Shown: positions 16,434 to 26,527 of the stretch, piece by piece | How the letters are laid out: every line of letters starts with the position of its first letter | Position numbering within the stretch: the first letter of the stretch is position 1 | Source: Bacillota bacterium | Lineage (GTDB): Bacteria; Bacillota; UBA4882; UBA10575 | DNA length: 64,000 bases | Direction of reading: 5' to 3' | Assembly: GCA_012727895.1 (NCBI GenBank) | Contig: JAAYGG010000144.1 | Coordinates: forward strand, 28,622 to 92,621 | The notes under the pieces: model-generated | Told to the model about the DNA's origin: nothing | Database searches by the model: none | What the model saw: only the letters and a program-made list of their open reading frames with translations | Translations under genes and position numbers: made by a program

Positions 16434-17681
16434 ATGTATCATCGCCAGATTCTTCCCAACGGCCTGCGGGTCGTCTGCGAGCAAGTCCCCCATGTCCGTT
16501 CGGTGGCTATTGGTTTTTGGGTCCTTTGCGGTTCCAGAAATGAAACCCGGCGGGAGCAAGGGATCACCCACCTCCTTGAACACATGGCCTTTAAAGGGAC
16601 GAGTAAACGCTCGGCCCGGGAGATCGCCGGGGTCATCGATTCCGTTGGCGGGCATCTTAACGCCTATACTACCAAAGAGTATACCTGTTTTTATGTGAAG
16701 GTTTTGGACCGCCACTTCCAACTGGGCATGGAACTCCTTTCCGACCTGGTCCTCAATGCCTTATTGGCGCCGGAAGAGTTGGAAAAAGAACGCAATGTCG
16801 TTCTCGAAGAGATAAAATCCTATGAAGATTCCCCGGATGAACAGGTTTTTGACCTTCTCACCCAGACCATTCTGAACGGCCACCCCCTGGGCCATTCCAT
16901 CCTGGGGACGCCGGAAACCATCCGCAACCTGACCCGGGAGGATCTCCTGGCCTACAAGGAACGGTTCTATACCCCCGGCAATTCCTGCCTGGCCGTGGCC
17001 GGGAATGTCAACCCGGAAGAGGTGATTGCCGCGGCCGGCGAGTACTGGGGCAAATTCCATGGGCAAACCGCCGGGGAAGAGAAGATCCCGGTAAAGATCA
17101 AAGGGGAAAATATTCTGAAAAGTAAGAAAACAGAGCAGGTCCACCTTTGCGTGGGGACGCCGGGGTTCCCCAGGGACCATGAGGACCGGTATATCCTGAT
17201 GGTCCTCGATAATATCCTGGGCGGCAGTGTCTCTTCCCGGCTTTTCCAGGAACTCCGGGAGGAAAGGGGCCTGGTTTATGCCACCGGCTCCCATTACGCG
17301 GCCTTTATGGATACCGGGCTCTTCACGGTTTATGCCGGGACCAGCCTGGAGAATTTTACCGAGGTGCTGAAGGTAATCCGGGGGCAGTTTGAAGACCTGA
17401 AAAACGGGCCCCTCTCCGGGGAAGAGGTACAGCGGGCAAAGGAACAGATTAAAGGGAACTTCTGGCTCAGTATGGAGAATTCCACCAACCGCATGAGCAG
17501 GCTGGCCAAGTCGGACCTGTTTTATAAGAAGATCATTACCCCGGAGGAGGTAGTGGCCAGGATCGACCAGGTAACCGCCGGGGAAGTCTTGCGCGTGGCC
17601 CGGACCCTCTTCCAGGATGATTTTCTGACCCTGACGGCGATTGGCCCGTTCCCGCCGGATTATGCGCTCGAAAGGTGGTAG
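16434..17681 (+). CDS. M16-family zinc peptidase (YmxG/MlpA-like)
   Basis: Inverted zinc motif HLLEHMAFKG near the N-terminus. Two-domain pitrilysin-like length of 415 aa. Confidence 0.85.
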   Translation: MYHRQILPNGLRVVCEQVPHVRSVAIGFWVLCGSRNETRREQGITHLLEHMAFKGTSKRSAREIAGVIDSVGGHLNAYTTKEYTCFYVKVLDRHFQLGMELLSDLVLNALLAPEELEKERNVVLEEIKSYEDSPDEQVFDLLTQTILNGHPLGHSILGTPETIRNLTREDLLAYKERFYTPGNSCLAVAGNVNPEEVIAAAGEYWGKFHGQTAGEEKIPVKIKGENILKSKKTEQVHLCVGTPGFPRDHEDRYILMVLDNILGGSVSSRLFQELREERGLVYATGSHYAAFMDTGLFTVYAGTSLENFTEVLKVIRGQFEDLKNGPLSGEEVQRAKEQIKGNFWLSMENSTNRMSRLAKSDLFYKKIITPEEVVARIDQVTAGEVLRVARTLFQDDFLTLTAIGPFPPDYALERW

Positions 17682-17684
17682 ACG

Positions 17685-18137
17685 ATGGAAAGAGTGAAAA
17701 TCCCCCTCCGCCGGCTGCCCCATGCCGCCGGGTTGCCGTTACCGCAGTATATGACCGCCGGCGCGGCGGGGATGGACTTAGTGGCGGCGGTGGAAAAAGA
17801 GGTTACAATCCCGCCCGGGGGCTTTCTGCCCATTCCCACCGGCCTGCAGGTGGCCTTGCCCGAAGGTTTTGAAGGGCAGATCCGGCCCAGGAGCGGTCTG
17901 GCCGCCCGTTTCGGTGTGACCGTGCTTAATGCCCCCGGGACCATCGACAGTGATTACCGGGGCGAGATCCAAGTCCTCCTGGTCAACCACGGGCCTGCCG
18001 ATTTCGTGGTCCGCCGCGGTGACCGCATCGCCCAGTTGGTCATAGCCGGGGTAGTCCGGGGGGGATGGCAGGAGGTTACCGGAGATCTGGCGGCGACCGC
18101 CCGCGGGGAAGGCGGTTTTGGCCATACCGGTGTTTAG
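17685..18137 (+). CDS. dut: dUTP diphosphatase
   Basis: AAGMDL, RSGLA and [10 protein letters not shown] motifs. Confidence 0.9.
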   Translation: MERVKIPLRRLPHAAGLPLPQYMTAGAAGMDLVAAVEKEVTIPPGGFLPIPTGLQVALPEGFEGQIRPRSGLAARFGVTVLNAPGTIDSDYRGEIQVLLVNHGPADFVVRRGDRIAQLVIAGVVRGGWQEVTGDLAATARGEGGFGHTGV

Positions 18138-18200
18138 GATGCAACAGCGAGCAGGGGAAGCGGCGGTCCGGGCGCTTCTGGAAAGAGGAGGGTGCCAAAG

Positions 18201-19535
18201 GTGAGAAAAGCGGTTGTGGCCATTGTCGGCCGGCCAAATGTGGGAAAATCCACCCTCTTTAACCGGTTGGCCGGCCGGCGGGTGGCGATCGTTGAGAGTA
18301 TTCCCGGGGTAACCCGGGACCGTTTGTACACTGAAGGAGAATGGGCGGGCCGGCGTTTTTTCCTCGTCGACACCGGCGGGATCGCCCCCGGGATGCCGGA
18401 TGACCCGTTACAAGAGCAGATTTACGACCAGGCCGTCTTGGCCGTGGACGAGGCGGATCTCATCCTTTTTGTCGTGGACGGGCCGGCCGGCCTGCAGGCG
18501 TTGGACCGGGAGGTCGCAGAGATTCTCCGCCGGGCGGCCAAACCCGTAATTCTGGTTGTCAACAAGGTCGATTCGTACCGGCCGGAACTGGCGGCGGATT
18601 TTTATGCCCTGGGCTTTGGCGAGCCGGTCCTGGTCTCTGCGGAACACGCCTTGAACCTTGACGAACTCTTTGAGGCGATTGTCGCGCACTTGCCGCCCTC
18701 CGCAGCGGGGGAGGATGACGACGCGGTAAAAGTGGCGATTATCGGCCGGCCGAATGTGGGCAAGTCATCGCTGGTCAATGCCCTCCTCGGCGAGGAACGG
18801 GTTATTGTCAGTTCCGTCCCCGGGACCACCCGGGATGCGGTGGATACGCCCTTGCGCTTTCAAGACCAGGATTTTCTCCTTATTGATACCGCCGGGATCC
18901 GCCGCTCCCGCAAGCGCGCCTCCCGGGATGCGGTGGAGTATTACAGCGTGCTCCGGGCTTTACAGGCGGTGGAGAGGTCCGAAGTCACCCTCGTCCTCCT
19001 GGATGCCGGAGAATTCCTCTTGGAGCAGGATAAAAAGGTGGCTGCCATTCCCCACGAGGCCGGTAGGGCCACGGTCCTGGTGGTGAACAAATGGGACCTG
19101 GTGGAGAAGACTTCCCGGACCGCCCGGGAATACGAGGAGCGGCTCCGGGCGGAGATGCCTTTTCTCAGATATGCGCCGGTGCTTTTTCTTTCGGCCCGGA
19201 CCGGCCTGCGGGTGGGGCGGGTGCTCCCGGAAGTCCTCCGGGTGGCGGCGGAGTACAACCGCCGGGTGCCGACAGGCTTGCTCAACCGGGTGGTCCGGGA
19301 AGCGGTGGACCGGCGGCATCCCCCTTCCCGGAAGGGGAAGACCCTGAAAATCTATTATGCCAGCCAGGTCCAGGTCGGACCGCCGACCATCCAGTTCTGG
19401 GTGAATGACCCGGAATTACTGCACTTTTCCTATGAGCGGTTCCTGGAGAACCGGCTCCGGGAGGAATTCGGTTTCACCGGTACCCCGCTCCGGTTTTTCT
19501 TCAAAAGGAGGGGGGAGAAAAAAGCCCAGTATTAG
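18201..19535 (+). CDS. der: Ribosome-associated GTPase Der/EngA
   Basis: Two tandem G domains ([24 protein letters not shown]; DTGG/DTAG; NKVD/NKWD) plus a KH-like C-terminus. Confidence 0.9.
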   Translation: MRKAVVAIVGRPNVGKSTLFNRLAGRRVAIVESIPGVTRDRLYTEGEWAGRRFFLVDTGGIAPGMPDDPLQEQIYDQAVLAVDEADLILFVVDGPAGLQALDREVAEILRRAAKPVILVVNKVDSYRPELAADFYALGFGEPVLVSAEHALNLDELFEAIVAHLPPSAAGEDDDAVKVAIIGRPNVGKSSLVNALLGEERVIVSSVPGTTRDAVDTPLRFQDQDFLLIDTAGIRRSRKRASRDAVEYYSVLRALQAVERSEVTLVLLDAGEFLLEQDKKVAAIPHEAGRATVLVVNKWDLVEKTSRTAREYEERLRAEMPFLRYAPVLFLSARTGLRVGRVLPEVLRVAAEYNRRVPTGLLNRVVREAVDRRHPPSRKGKTLKIYYASQVQVGPPTIQFWVNDPELLHFSYERFLENRLREEFGFTGTPLRFFFKRRGEKKAQY

Positions 19536-19611
19536 CATTCCGGGATCCGGTGCGCCCGCCTGAAGCGGCGGTTTTCACCGGAGGAATATCTGTTTTGGGA
19601 GGAGATCTGTT

Positions 19612-20223
19612 GTGTACGGCCTTATTGCAGTGATCATCAGTTACTTTATTGGCGGTTTTCTGACAGCGGGGGTAATCGCCTCCTTAAAACGGGTGGATCT
19701 CAGTAAAAAAGGCAGTGGTAACCTGGGGGCCACCAATGCCCTCCGGGTCTTCGGTCCCCTTGCCGCCGTCCTGGTTCTCCTGGGCGATATCGCCAAAGGG
19801 GTGCTGGGGGTCTGGGTCGGCCTCCGGTTGGGGGGCAGTAAGGAAGTGGCCGCCCTCTGCGGGCTGGCAGTAATAATCGGCCACAACTGGCCTCTCTTCT
19901 TCGGCTTCCAAGGGGGAAAAGGGATCGCGACCACTCTGGGGGCGATCATTCTCCTGATCCCCAAGACAATTATGGTGGTCATCCCCTTATGGGCCTTGGT
20001 GGTTTTGCTCACCCGCTATGTCTCCCTGGCCTCTTTACTGGCAGCCCTGGCTTTGCCGGTGGCTACTTGCTTTTTCTATCCCGGGCAGGAATTGGTGCTG
20101 CTCTTTGCTGCCGGCGCCGCCATTTTAGCAATCTACCGGCACCAGGAGAATATCCGGCGTCTCCTGGCGGGAAAAGAGAATAAAATCCAACTGCCACGGA
20201 GAACCGGGAGGGAAGAAAGATGA
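19612..20223 (+). CDS. plsY: Acyl-phosphate glycerol-3-phosphate acyltransferase
   Basis: Multi-TM protein with GSGNLGATNALR and GGKG motifs. Confidence 0.9.
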   Translation: MYGLIAVIISYFIGGFLTAGVIASLKRVDLSKKGSGNLGATNALRVFGPLAAVLVLLGDIAKGVLGVWVGLRLGGSKEVAALCGLAVIIGHNWPLFFGFQGGKGIATTLGAIILLIPKTIMVVIPLWALVVLLTRYVSLASLLAALALPVATCFFYPGQELVLLFAAGAAILAIYRHQENIRRLLAGKENKIQLPRRTGREER

Positions 20224-21245
20224 AGATCGGGAAAAGGATGAAGATCGGGGTGATCGGCGCCGGGGGTTGGGGCACCGCCCTGGCCCGGCTCCTGGTGGAA
20301 AACGGGCACCAGGTAAGGCTCTGGGCTTACGAGCGGGAGACGGCGGCCCAGATTAACGACTTTCATTATAATCCCAGGTTTTTGCCGGGGGTGGAGCTTC
20401 CTTCAGCCCTGAAGGCCAGCAATGACCCGGACGAAGTGGGGGAAGGCCGGGAGATGCTGGTTTTTGCAGTCCCTTCCCAATGGCTGCGAAATGTTGCCTC
20501 AATGTTTAAACCTTATGTTTCCTCCCATACCCTGGTGGTGAATGCCGGCAAAGGGATTGAAGTGGAGACCTTGAAACTCCTCTCCACAGTGCTCGAGGAG
20601 GAACTGGGGGTCCCCTCCGGGCAGATCGTCACCCTTTCCGGCCCCAATCACAGCGAGGAAGTGGGGAAGGGCTTCCCTTCCGCCACCGTGGTGGCCTCCC
20701 CGGATCTGAAAACCGCCGAAACCATTCAGGATGTTTTCATCTCCTCCTATTTCCGGGTCTACACGAACCCGGACCGCACCGGGGTTGAACTGGGCGGGGC
20801 CTTGAAAAACGTCTTTGCCCTTGCCGCCGGGATCTGCGAGGGGCTCGGTTATGAAGACAACACCAAGGCCGCTTTGATCACCAGGGGCCTGGCGGAGATG
20901 CGCCGCCTCGGCGAGAAGATGGGGGCGTTGCCCCTGACCTTTTCCGGCCTTTCCGGGCTGGGGGACCTTTTTGCCACCGCCGCCGGCCGGCACAGCCGGA
21001 ACGCCTGGGCCGGGCGGGAGATCGGGCGGGGACGGAAAGTCCATGAAGTCTTGGCTTCCACAGCCTTTGTTGTCGAGGGGGTCCCCACCACCAAGGCCGC
21101 TTACCGCCTCGGCGAGAAGCTCGGCGTTGAACTGCCGATTATTGCCGTTGTTTACCGGGTGCTTTTTGAGGGCTTCTCCCCGCAAAAGGCGGTGGAGGCT
21201 TTGATGAGCAGGGACCGCCGGCACGAACTGGAAAGGCTGGATTAA
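20220..21245 (+). CDS. gpsA: NAD(P)H-dependent glycerol-3-phosphate dehydrogenase
   Basis: IGVIGAGGWGTALA Rossmann motif. The second in-frame ATG at 20238 (MKIGVIGAG) may be the real start. Confidence 0.9.
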   Translation: MKIGKRMKIGVIGAGGWGTALARLLVENGHQVRLWAYERETAAQINDFHYNPRFLPGVELPSALKASNDPDEVGEGREMLVFAVPSQWLRNVASMFKPYVSSHTLVVNAGKGIEVETLKLLSTVLEEELGVPSGQIVTLSGPNHSEEVGKGFPSATVVASPDLKTAETIQDVFISSYFRVYTNPDRTGVELGGALKNVFALAAGICEGLGYEDNTKAALITRGLAEMRRLGEKMGALPLTFSGLSGLGDLFATAAGRHSRNAWAGREIGRGRKVHEVLASTAFVVEGVPTTKAAYRLGEKLGVELPIIAVVYRVLFEGFSPQKAVEALMSRDRRHELERLD

Positions 21246-21308
21246 ACCGCGGGTTTTTGCAACTATTCAAAACAAAGAAACGACCTCTTTTTGGGGTTGT
21301 TTTTTTTG

Positions 21309-21337
21309 TCCTATTTTTCCCAAGGCACTCATATAAT
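21309..21337 (+). promoter_or_regulatory. Candidate sigma-E-type promoter of spoIVA
   Basis: TCCTATT, a 14-nt spacer, then CATATAAT, compared with the B. subtilis sigma-E consensus (xxATAxx-N14-CATACAxT). It lies about 100 nt upstream of spoIVA. Confidence 0.4.
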
Positions 21338-21436
21338 GTTCACTAAAGAATGGCGCCCTTGGGGGTTCTCCGGGGGAGGTGGCGACAGCGACCGGTGGAA
21401 GCCATAAGGAAATTTTCTGAAAAAGGGGGGAGATGG

Positions 21437-22912
21437 ATGGAAGGTTTTGCAATCTTTAAGGATATTGCCGAGCGCACGGGGGGAGATATCTATATCGGGG
21501 TTGTCGGCCCGGTACGGACGGGAAAATCCACTTTTATTAAGCGTTTCATGGAATTGATGGTCCTGCCGCAGATCAGCGACCCGTACGACCTGGAACGGAC
21601 AGAGGATGAGTTGCCACAAAGCGGGGCGGGGAAGACCATTATGACTACGGAACCCAAGTTCGTCCCGGATGAGGCGATCCCTTTAAAAATGGAGAATGTG
21701 GAGTTCCGCGTTCGCCTGGTCGATTGCGTGGGCTACACTGTCGACGGCGCCGTGGGATATATGGATGAGCATGGGCCCAGGATGGTGATAACACCCTGGA
21801 GCCAGGAACCGGTGACTTTCCAGGCTGCGGCGGAGATGGGCACAAGAAAGGTGATCAGGGATCATTCCACCATCGGACTGGTGGTTACCACCGACGGGAG
21901 TATCACCGGGATCCCGCGGGAGAATTACCTGCCCGCCGAGGAAAGGGTCATCAATGAACTGGCCCTCCTGGGGAAGCCCTTTATTGTCCTTTTGAACTCC
22001 GTCAACCCCGGGGCGGAAAGCACCATTGCCCTGGGGCAGGAGTTGGCTGAGAAATACCAGGTGCCGGTCTTGCCCATTGACTGCTTGAAAATGGGGATTC
22101 AAGAGATCAACCGGGTTGTCCAGGAGATCCTCCGCATGTTCCCGGTGCAGGAGATCCAGTTTGCTCTCCCGCTTTGGGTGGAGGAACTGGCCGGTGATTT
22201 CTGGCTGCGCCGGCAGTACGAGGAGGCAATATTTTCGGCGGTGGAAGAGATTGAAAAGGTCAGGGATGTGGAAAAGGCCTTGGCTGTCCTCGCCGCCGCC
22301 GAATACGTGGAGACCGCTTCTCTTCCCTCAGTCAACCTGGGCCAGGGGCGGGTGATCATCGCCATTGAACCGCCGGCCGGCCTGTTTTACCAGGTTTTAC
22401 AGGAGATCACCGGGTTGGCCCTGGCCGATGAAGGCGATCTCCTGCGCAATCTGAAGGAACTGGCGGTGATTAAAAAGGAATACAGCCGGGTGGCCGGGGC
22501 GTTGCAGCAATTGAAAGAGTTCGGTTACGGGTTGGTCACCCCGGAAATGGAAGAGATCGAATTTGCGGAACCGGAATTGATCCGCCAGGGCAGCCGTTGC
22601 GGGATCCGGATCCGGGCTTCCGCCCCGTCTTACCATATGATCCGGGCGGTAATCAATACCGAAGTCATCCCGGTGGTGGGAACGGAAAAACAGGGCGAGG
22701 AGTTTATCCGCTTCCTGACGGAAGAGTTTGAAAAAAACCCTGAGCAGATTTGGAAGACGGAGTTTTTTGGGAAAACCCTTCATGATCTGGTGAAAGAGGG
22801 GATCCAGGCCAAATTGAACCGGTTGCCAGTATATGCCCAGGAAAAACTGCAGGAGACCTTAAGCAAGATTATTAATGAGGGCAGCGGCGGATTGGTTTGT
22901 ATAATAATTTAA
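21437..22912 (+). CDS. spoIVA: Stage IV sporulation protein A (spore coat morphogenetic ATPase)
   Basis: N-terminus FAIFKDIAERTGGDIYIGVVGPVRTGKSTFIKRF (Walker A). 491 aa. ATG 21437 lies behind AAAAGGGGGGAG. Confidence 0.92.
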   Translation: MEGFAIFKDIAERTGGDIYIGVVGPVRTGKSTFIKRFMELMVLPQISDPYDLERTEDELPQSGAGKTIMTTEPKFVPDEAIPLKMENVEFRVRLVDCVGYTVDGAVGYMDEHGPRMVITPWSQEPVTFQAAAEMGTRKVIRDHSTIGLVVTTDGSITGIPRENYLPAEERVINELALLGKPFIVLLNSVNPGAESTIALGQELAEKYQVPVLPIDCLKMGIQEINRVVQEILRMFPVQEIQFALPLWVEELAGDFWLRRQYEEAIFSAVEEIEKVRDVEKALAVLAAAEYVETASLPSVNLGQGRVIIAIEPPAGLFYQVLQEITGLALADEGDLLRNLKELAVIKKEYSRVAGALQQLKEFGYGLVTPEMEEIEFAEPELIRQGSRCGIRIRASAPSYHMIRAVINTEVIPVVGTEKQGEEFIRFLTEEFEKNPEQIWKTEFFGKTLHDLVKEGIQAKLNRLPVYAQEKLQETLSKIINEGSGGLVCIII

Positions 22913-22941
22913 CCGGCAACGGCCAGCGCGCAACGGAATGG

Positions 22942-22965
22942 GGAGCTACCGCTCCTTTTTTTTTG
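22942..22965 (+). terminator. Weak intrinsic terminator after spoIVA
   Basis: GGAGC-TACC-GCTCC stem-loop followed by T9. Confidence 0.35.
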
Positions 22966-23148
22966 TCTTTGTGCACGAGGAAAACCCACAAAAAACTGCG
23001 GAAATCTTGTGAACCCCCATCGTTCCTGGAAAATTGAAAAAAATTCGGATAGGAGAGAAGGAAAACGGGGAATTATCTAGAATAGATAAAAGGCATTTTT
23101 ATACCAGTGTTTTCCTCTAACACTCAAAAACCGGAAGGAGGTGAGCTT

Positions 23149-23424
23149 ATGACCAAGGCCGAATTGATTGAAAAGGTAGCGGAGAAGAGCAACCTGACGA
23201 AGAAGGATTCAGGGAAGGCAGTGGACGCCGTGTTGGCTGCCATGACCGAAGCTTTGTCCCGGGGGGAAAAGATCCAACTGGTAGGTTTTGGAAGCTTTGA
23301 GGTGAGAGAGAGAGGAGCCCGTACCGGACGGAATCCTCAGACTGGAGCGACCATTAAAATTGCCGCCAGAAAGGTACCGGTCTTCAAACCGGGCAAGGCG
23401 TTAAAGGATGCGGTGGACAAATAG
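23149..23424 (+). CDS. hup: HU-family DNA-binding protein
   Basis: [20 protein letters not shown]...[21 protein letters not shown]...[15 protein letters not shown]. Strong RBS GGAGGTGA. Confidence 0.92.
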   Translation: MTKAELIEKVAEKSNLTKKDSGKAVDAVLAAMTEALSRGEKIQLVGFGSFEVRERGARTGRNPQTGATIKIAARKVPVFKPGKALKDAVDK

Positions 23425-23447
23425 ACTTCCTTTCGGTTCAATACTTA

Positions 23448-23470
23448 AAGCGGGGTAATCCCGCTTTTTT
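23448..23470 (+). terminator. Intrinsic terminator after hup
   Basis: AAGCGGG-GTAAT-CCCGCTT stem-loop followed by a T-run. Confidence 0.75.
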
Positions 23471-23497
23471 GCATTCTTTTTTCCGGCCGCCCGCCGC

Positions 23498-23526
23498 TTA
23501 ACTTTCGGCGGCGCTTATGATATAAT
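23498..23526 (+). promoter_or_regulatory. Sigma-A-type promoter with extended -10
   Basis: TTAACT (23498-23503), 17 nt, TATAAT (23521-23526), preceded by TGA (TGnTATAAT). Confidence 0.55.
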
Positions 23527-23568
23527 CAGATAGTTGTTACAGGCGCGAGCAGCGCTGTCCGCGCTATC

Positions 23569-24147
23569 ATGGAGGCGATGGTTGTGGATGGGAAAAGGGT
23601 TTTCCGGGAAATCCTTGAAGTGGTTATCCCGGCGTTAATTCTCTTCGTGGTGATCAGGGCTTTCCTCTTTGAGGCCAGGTATGTGCCGAGCCCGTCAATG
23701 CATCCCACAATCATGGTTTGGGACCGTTTTCTTGTGGAAAAAGTAACCTACCGTTTTCGTGAGCCCAAACGCGGTGAAATCGTGGTTTTTCGCCCGCCCG
23801 CACACGTGCTCGAGATGATGAAAGCGGCGCCCGTGCCGAATACGCCCTTGCAGACGCAGGATTTTATCAAACGCATCATCGGCCTGCCCGGGGAGACGGT
23901 CTGGATCCGGGAAGGAACAGTTTATATCAACGGCCGGCCGCTGGCGGAGGATTACATCTCACCGGAGCGGCAACCTTTATATGAATACGGGCCGGAGCGG
24001 ATCCCGGAAGGCCACTATTTGATGCTGGGAGATAACAGGAACCACAGCTGGGACGGGCACAATTGGGGTTTTGTCCCGCGGAAAAACATTATCGGCCGGG
24101 CCTTTTGGCGGTTCTGGCCACTGAACCGGATCGGCGCCATCCGTTGA
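23569..24147 (+). CDS. lepB: Signal peptidase I
   Basis: TM anchor, catalytic Ser box SPSMHPTI, Lys box KRIIGLPGE, and GDNRNHSWDGH. Confidence 0.9.
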   Translation: MEAMVVDGKRVFREILEVVIPALILFVVIRAFLFEARYVPSPSMHPTIMVWDRFLVEKVTYRFREPKRGEIVVFRPPAHVLEMMKAAPVPNTPLQTQDFIKRIIGLPGETVWIREGTVYINGRPLAEDYISPERQPLYEYGPERIPEGHYLMLGDNRNHSWDGHNWGFVPRKNIIGRAFWRFWPLNRIGAIR

Positions 24148-24217
24148 AAAAAAGGCTCCGGACGGGAACGGTTTTTTCTTTTTTGCGTTTTTGTAAGAAA
24201 GGAGAAGCAGAGGTCCA

Positions 24218-24868
24218 ATGCGGTTAGAGACTTTTGTCACCGGGGAGCTGGCGGTCAATTCCTACCTGCTCTGGGATGAAGGGACGAAAGAGGCTGTTTG
24301 TATCGACCCGGGCCGGCCCGCCGCCGAAATTGTCAAGGCCATTCAAGAAGAGGGGTTGCGTTTGACGCAGATCCTTCTCACCCATGGCCACGTCGACCAT
24401 ATCGGCGGGGTGGAAGAGGTAAAAAGTGCAACCGGCGCTACAGTGGCGGCCCATTCCGCCGCCGCCCCCGTGCTGGCCAACCCCGCCCTCAACCTCTCGG
24501 AGCTATTTGGGGGGAGACTGGTGGTCTACCCCGACATTTTGCTGGCCGACGGCGATATTATCTCTCTCGGCAGTCTCCTTTTGACAGTCCGGCATACTCC
24601 CGGGCATTCCCCGGGGGGGATTTGCCTCTTTGGACCGGGGCTGGTCTTTACCGGGGATCTGATTTTTGCCGGGAGTGTCGGCCGGACCGATTTACCCGGC
24701 GGTGACCTGCAAACACTGGTGCAAAGTGTAAAAAAGGTGATGCAACTGCCGGATGAGACCAGGCTCCTTCCCGGGCACGGGCCGGCGACTACCGCCGGGC
24801 GGGAACGGTTGACCAATCCGTTCCTAAGGGAATGGGGTGGTGAAGACGGGTTAACCGGCGCCCCCTGA
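24218..24868 (+). CDS. MBL-fold metallo-hydrolase (glyoxalase II-like)
   Basis: THGHVDHIGG metal-binding motif, HTPGHSPG, and a later GH pair. Confidence 0.8.
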   Translation: MRLETFVTGELAVNSYLLWDEGTKEAVCIDPGRPAAEIVKAIQEEGLRLTQILLTHGHVDHIGGVEEVKSATGATVAAHSAAAPVLANPALNLSELFGGRLVVYPDILLADGDIISLGSLLLTVRHTPGHSPGGICLFGPGLVFTGDLIFAGSVGRTDLPGGDLQTLVQSVKKVMQLPDETRLLPGHGPATTAGRERLTNPFLREWGGEDGLTGAP

Positions 24869-24897
24869 TTGACAAGAAAGGGACGTTTGGGTAAAAT
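24869..24897 (+). promoter_or_regulatory. Near-consensus sigma-A promoter
   Basis: TTGACA (24869-24874), 17 nt, TAAAAT (24892-24897), about 110 nt upstream of the PPIase start. Confidence 0.6.
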
Positions 24898-25009
24898 ATT
24901 GAAAGAATTGCGCCGGTTTTTCCTCGCCGCAATGGACTGCGCGCACGCGCGCAAACGGCCATGGAAAGCAGCGAGTTTTTTTAATTTTATTTTAAAGGAG
25001 GAGTTTGTT

Positions 25010-26482
25010 TTGATTGTTAAAATCCGCCGGTTATCGCAGGTCTTGTTGGCTCCGGTTGTCGTTCTGATCGTCGCCGGTCTTTTGGTTACTCTTTTTATCG
25101 GCATGCCAAGCCGGGCTGAGAACCCTTATCTTTACAAAGGGCCTTCGGTGAAGATAAACGGGGTTAAGGTAAAAGATAAAGACTTTAACCAGGTTTATCA
25201 GGAATTGGTGCGGTTATACGGCCACCGGCAGACCCAGGAAGCCCTCAAGAACCAGACGTTGGAGATCGTAATCAACGAGGAACTGGTCAAGCAGATCCTG
25301 AAAGAGCGGAAGATTGAGGCCGACCGCGATGAGCTTGCGGCCATCATGGCGGAGGTGCGGAAAAATTATCCCACCGAAGAAGAGCTGGAGATGTTTCTCC
25401 GCGACAGAGGGGTAAAAAACCTGAAAGCCCTGGAGAATTTATACCGGGAGATTTTGCGCAGGCAAACCCTTTATGTGCAGTTGGCGGAGGAAAAGGGGAT
25501 TGAGGTAACGGAGGAGCAAATCCGTGAGAGGTACGAAACCATGGAACTCTCCCATATCCTGATTGCCACCGAACCGGAGAACGCGGAAAAACCCCGTTCC
25601 CAGCGGGAGGCTTTGCAGAGAGCCGAGGAAGTTTATGAGCGGATTATGGCCGGAGAGGACTTTGCCCAACTGGCGAAGGAGTATTCGGATGACCCCTTCA
25701 CCGCGGAAATGGGCGGGCGCATAGGCAGGAGTACTATTCTCTTTTTCCAGCAGGCCCTGGAGAAAAATTTTGTCGAAACCGCCTTGCAACTGGCGGTCGG
25801 GGAGATCAGCAAGCCGGTTGAGACCCGGTACGGTTATCACATCATCAGGGTTGACGATGTAAAACTGGCCGAAGGCGAAGAATGGGAAAAAGAAAAGGAG
25901 AACGTCCGCAAGGAGCTAATGTTGGAAGCTTTGGAGCAAAGCGGGGAAATGAATACCTGGATAAAGGAGGAACGGGAGAAGGCCAAAATCGAAATCCTGG
26001 ATCCGGCGCTCCGGGGCTACCGCTTCAAGCAAGATGAGAAATGGGAGGAGGCGGCCCGGGCCTACGAGAAGGCCCTGAAGGATAAGAGGTACCGCCGGAA
26101 TGTGGAGGTACGCCTCTCCGCGGCCGAGGCCTACCGGCAGATCGGGGATTACGACAGCGCCCTGGAGGTCCTGGCCAAGACCCCGGAAAGGGTCAAGAGA
26201 GAACCGGATTGGGCATTGGCCGAAACCCGTGTCCTGCACGCCCGGGGTACAGTGGATGAGGCGAAAGCAGTCTTGGCCGCCGCCATCGATAGGGCGGGCG
26301 AGGACCTCAGCGACCTTTATTTTATCCTTTCTGTAGCGGAAGAACTGGAATTCGCGGAAGAAGTGGAAATCTTAAAAGCAAAGCTTGCCAAGGTTGAAGA
26401 GAGAAGGGAAGCGGAACGTCGGGAACTGGAACGGTTGTTCCTGGAAGAACAGAAGAAACTGGAGGAAGTTGCCGGCGAATAA
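25010..26482 (+). CDS. Membrane-anchored parvulin-type peptidyl-prolyl isomerase (SurA/PrsA-like) with TPR-like and coiled-coil C-terminus
   Basis: TM helix LLAPVVVLIVAGLLVTLF, SurA-N-like region, parvulin core HILIA...YGYHIIRV. TTG 25010 lies behind AAAGGAGGAG. The frame is open from 24869, but that stretch contains the promoter. Confidence 0.75.
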   Translation: MIVKIRRLSQVLLAPVVVLIVAGLLVTLFIGMPSRAENPYLYKGPSVKINGVKVKDKDFNQVYQELVRLYGHRQTQEALKNQTLEIVINEELVKQILKERKIEADRDELAAIMAEVRKNYPTEEELEMFLRDRGVKNLKALENLYREILRRQTLYVQLAEEKGIEVTEEQIRERYETMELSHILIATEPENAEKPRSQREALQRAEEVYERIMAGEDFAQLAKEYSDDPFTAEMGGRIGRSTILFFQQALEKNFVETALQLAVGEISKPVETRYGYHIIRVDDVKLAEGEEWEKEKENVRKELMLEALEQSGEMNTWIKEEREKAKIEILDPALRGYRFKQDEKWEEAARAYEKALKDKRYRRNVEVRLSAAEAYRQIGDYDSALEVLAKTPERVKREPDWALAETRVLHARGTVDEAKAVLAAAIDRAGEDLSDLYFILSVAEELEFAEEVEILKAKLAKVEERREAERRELERLFLEEQKKLEEVAGE

Positions 26483-26527
26483 GGGGAACCCGGCAAATTG
26501 CCGGCAGCGGAGTGAGGTTGAGGACGA

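Noticed and set aside
20220-20255. Duplicated start region of gpsA (ATGAAGATCGGG at 20220 and 20238).
   Set aside because: It is most simply an 18-nt slippage duplication giving two in-frame starts. It affects only start-site choice and has no evident function.
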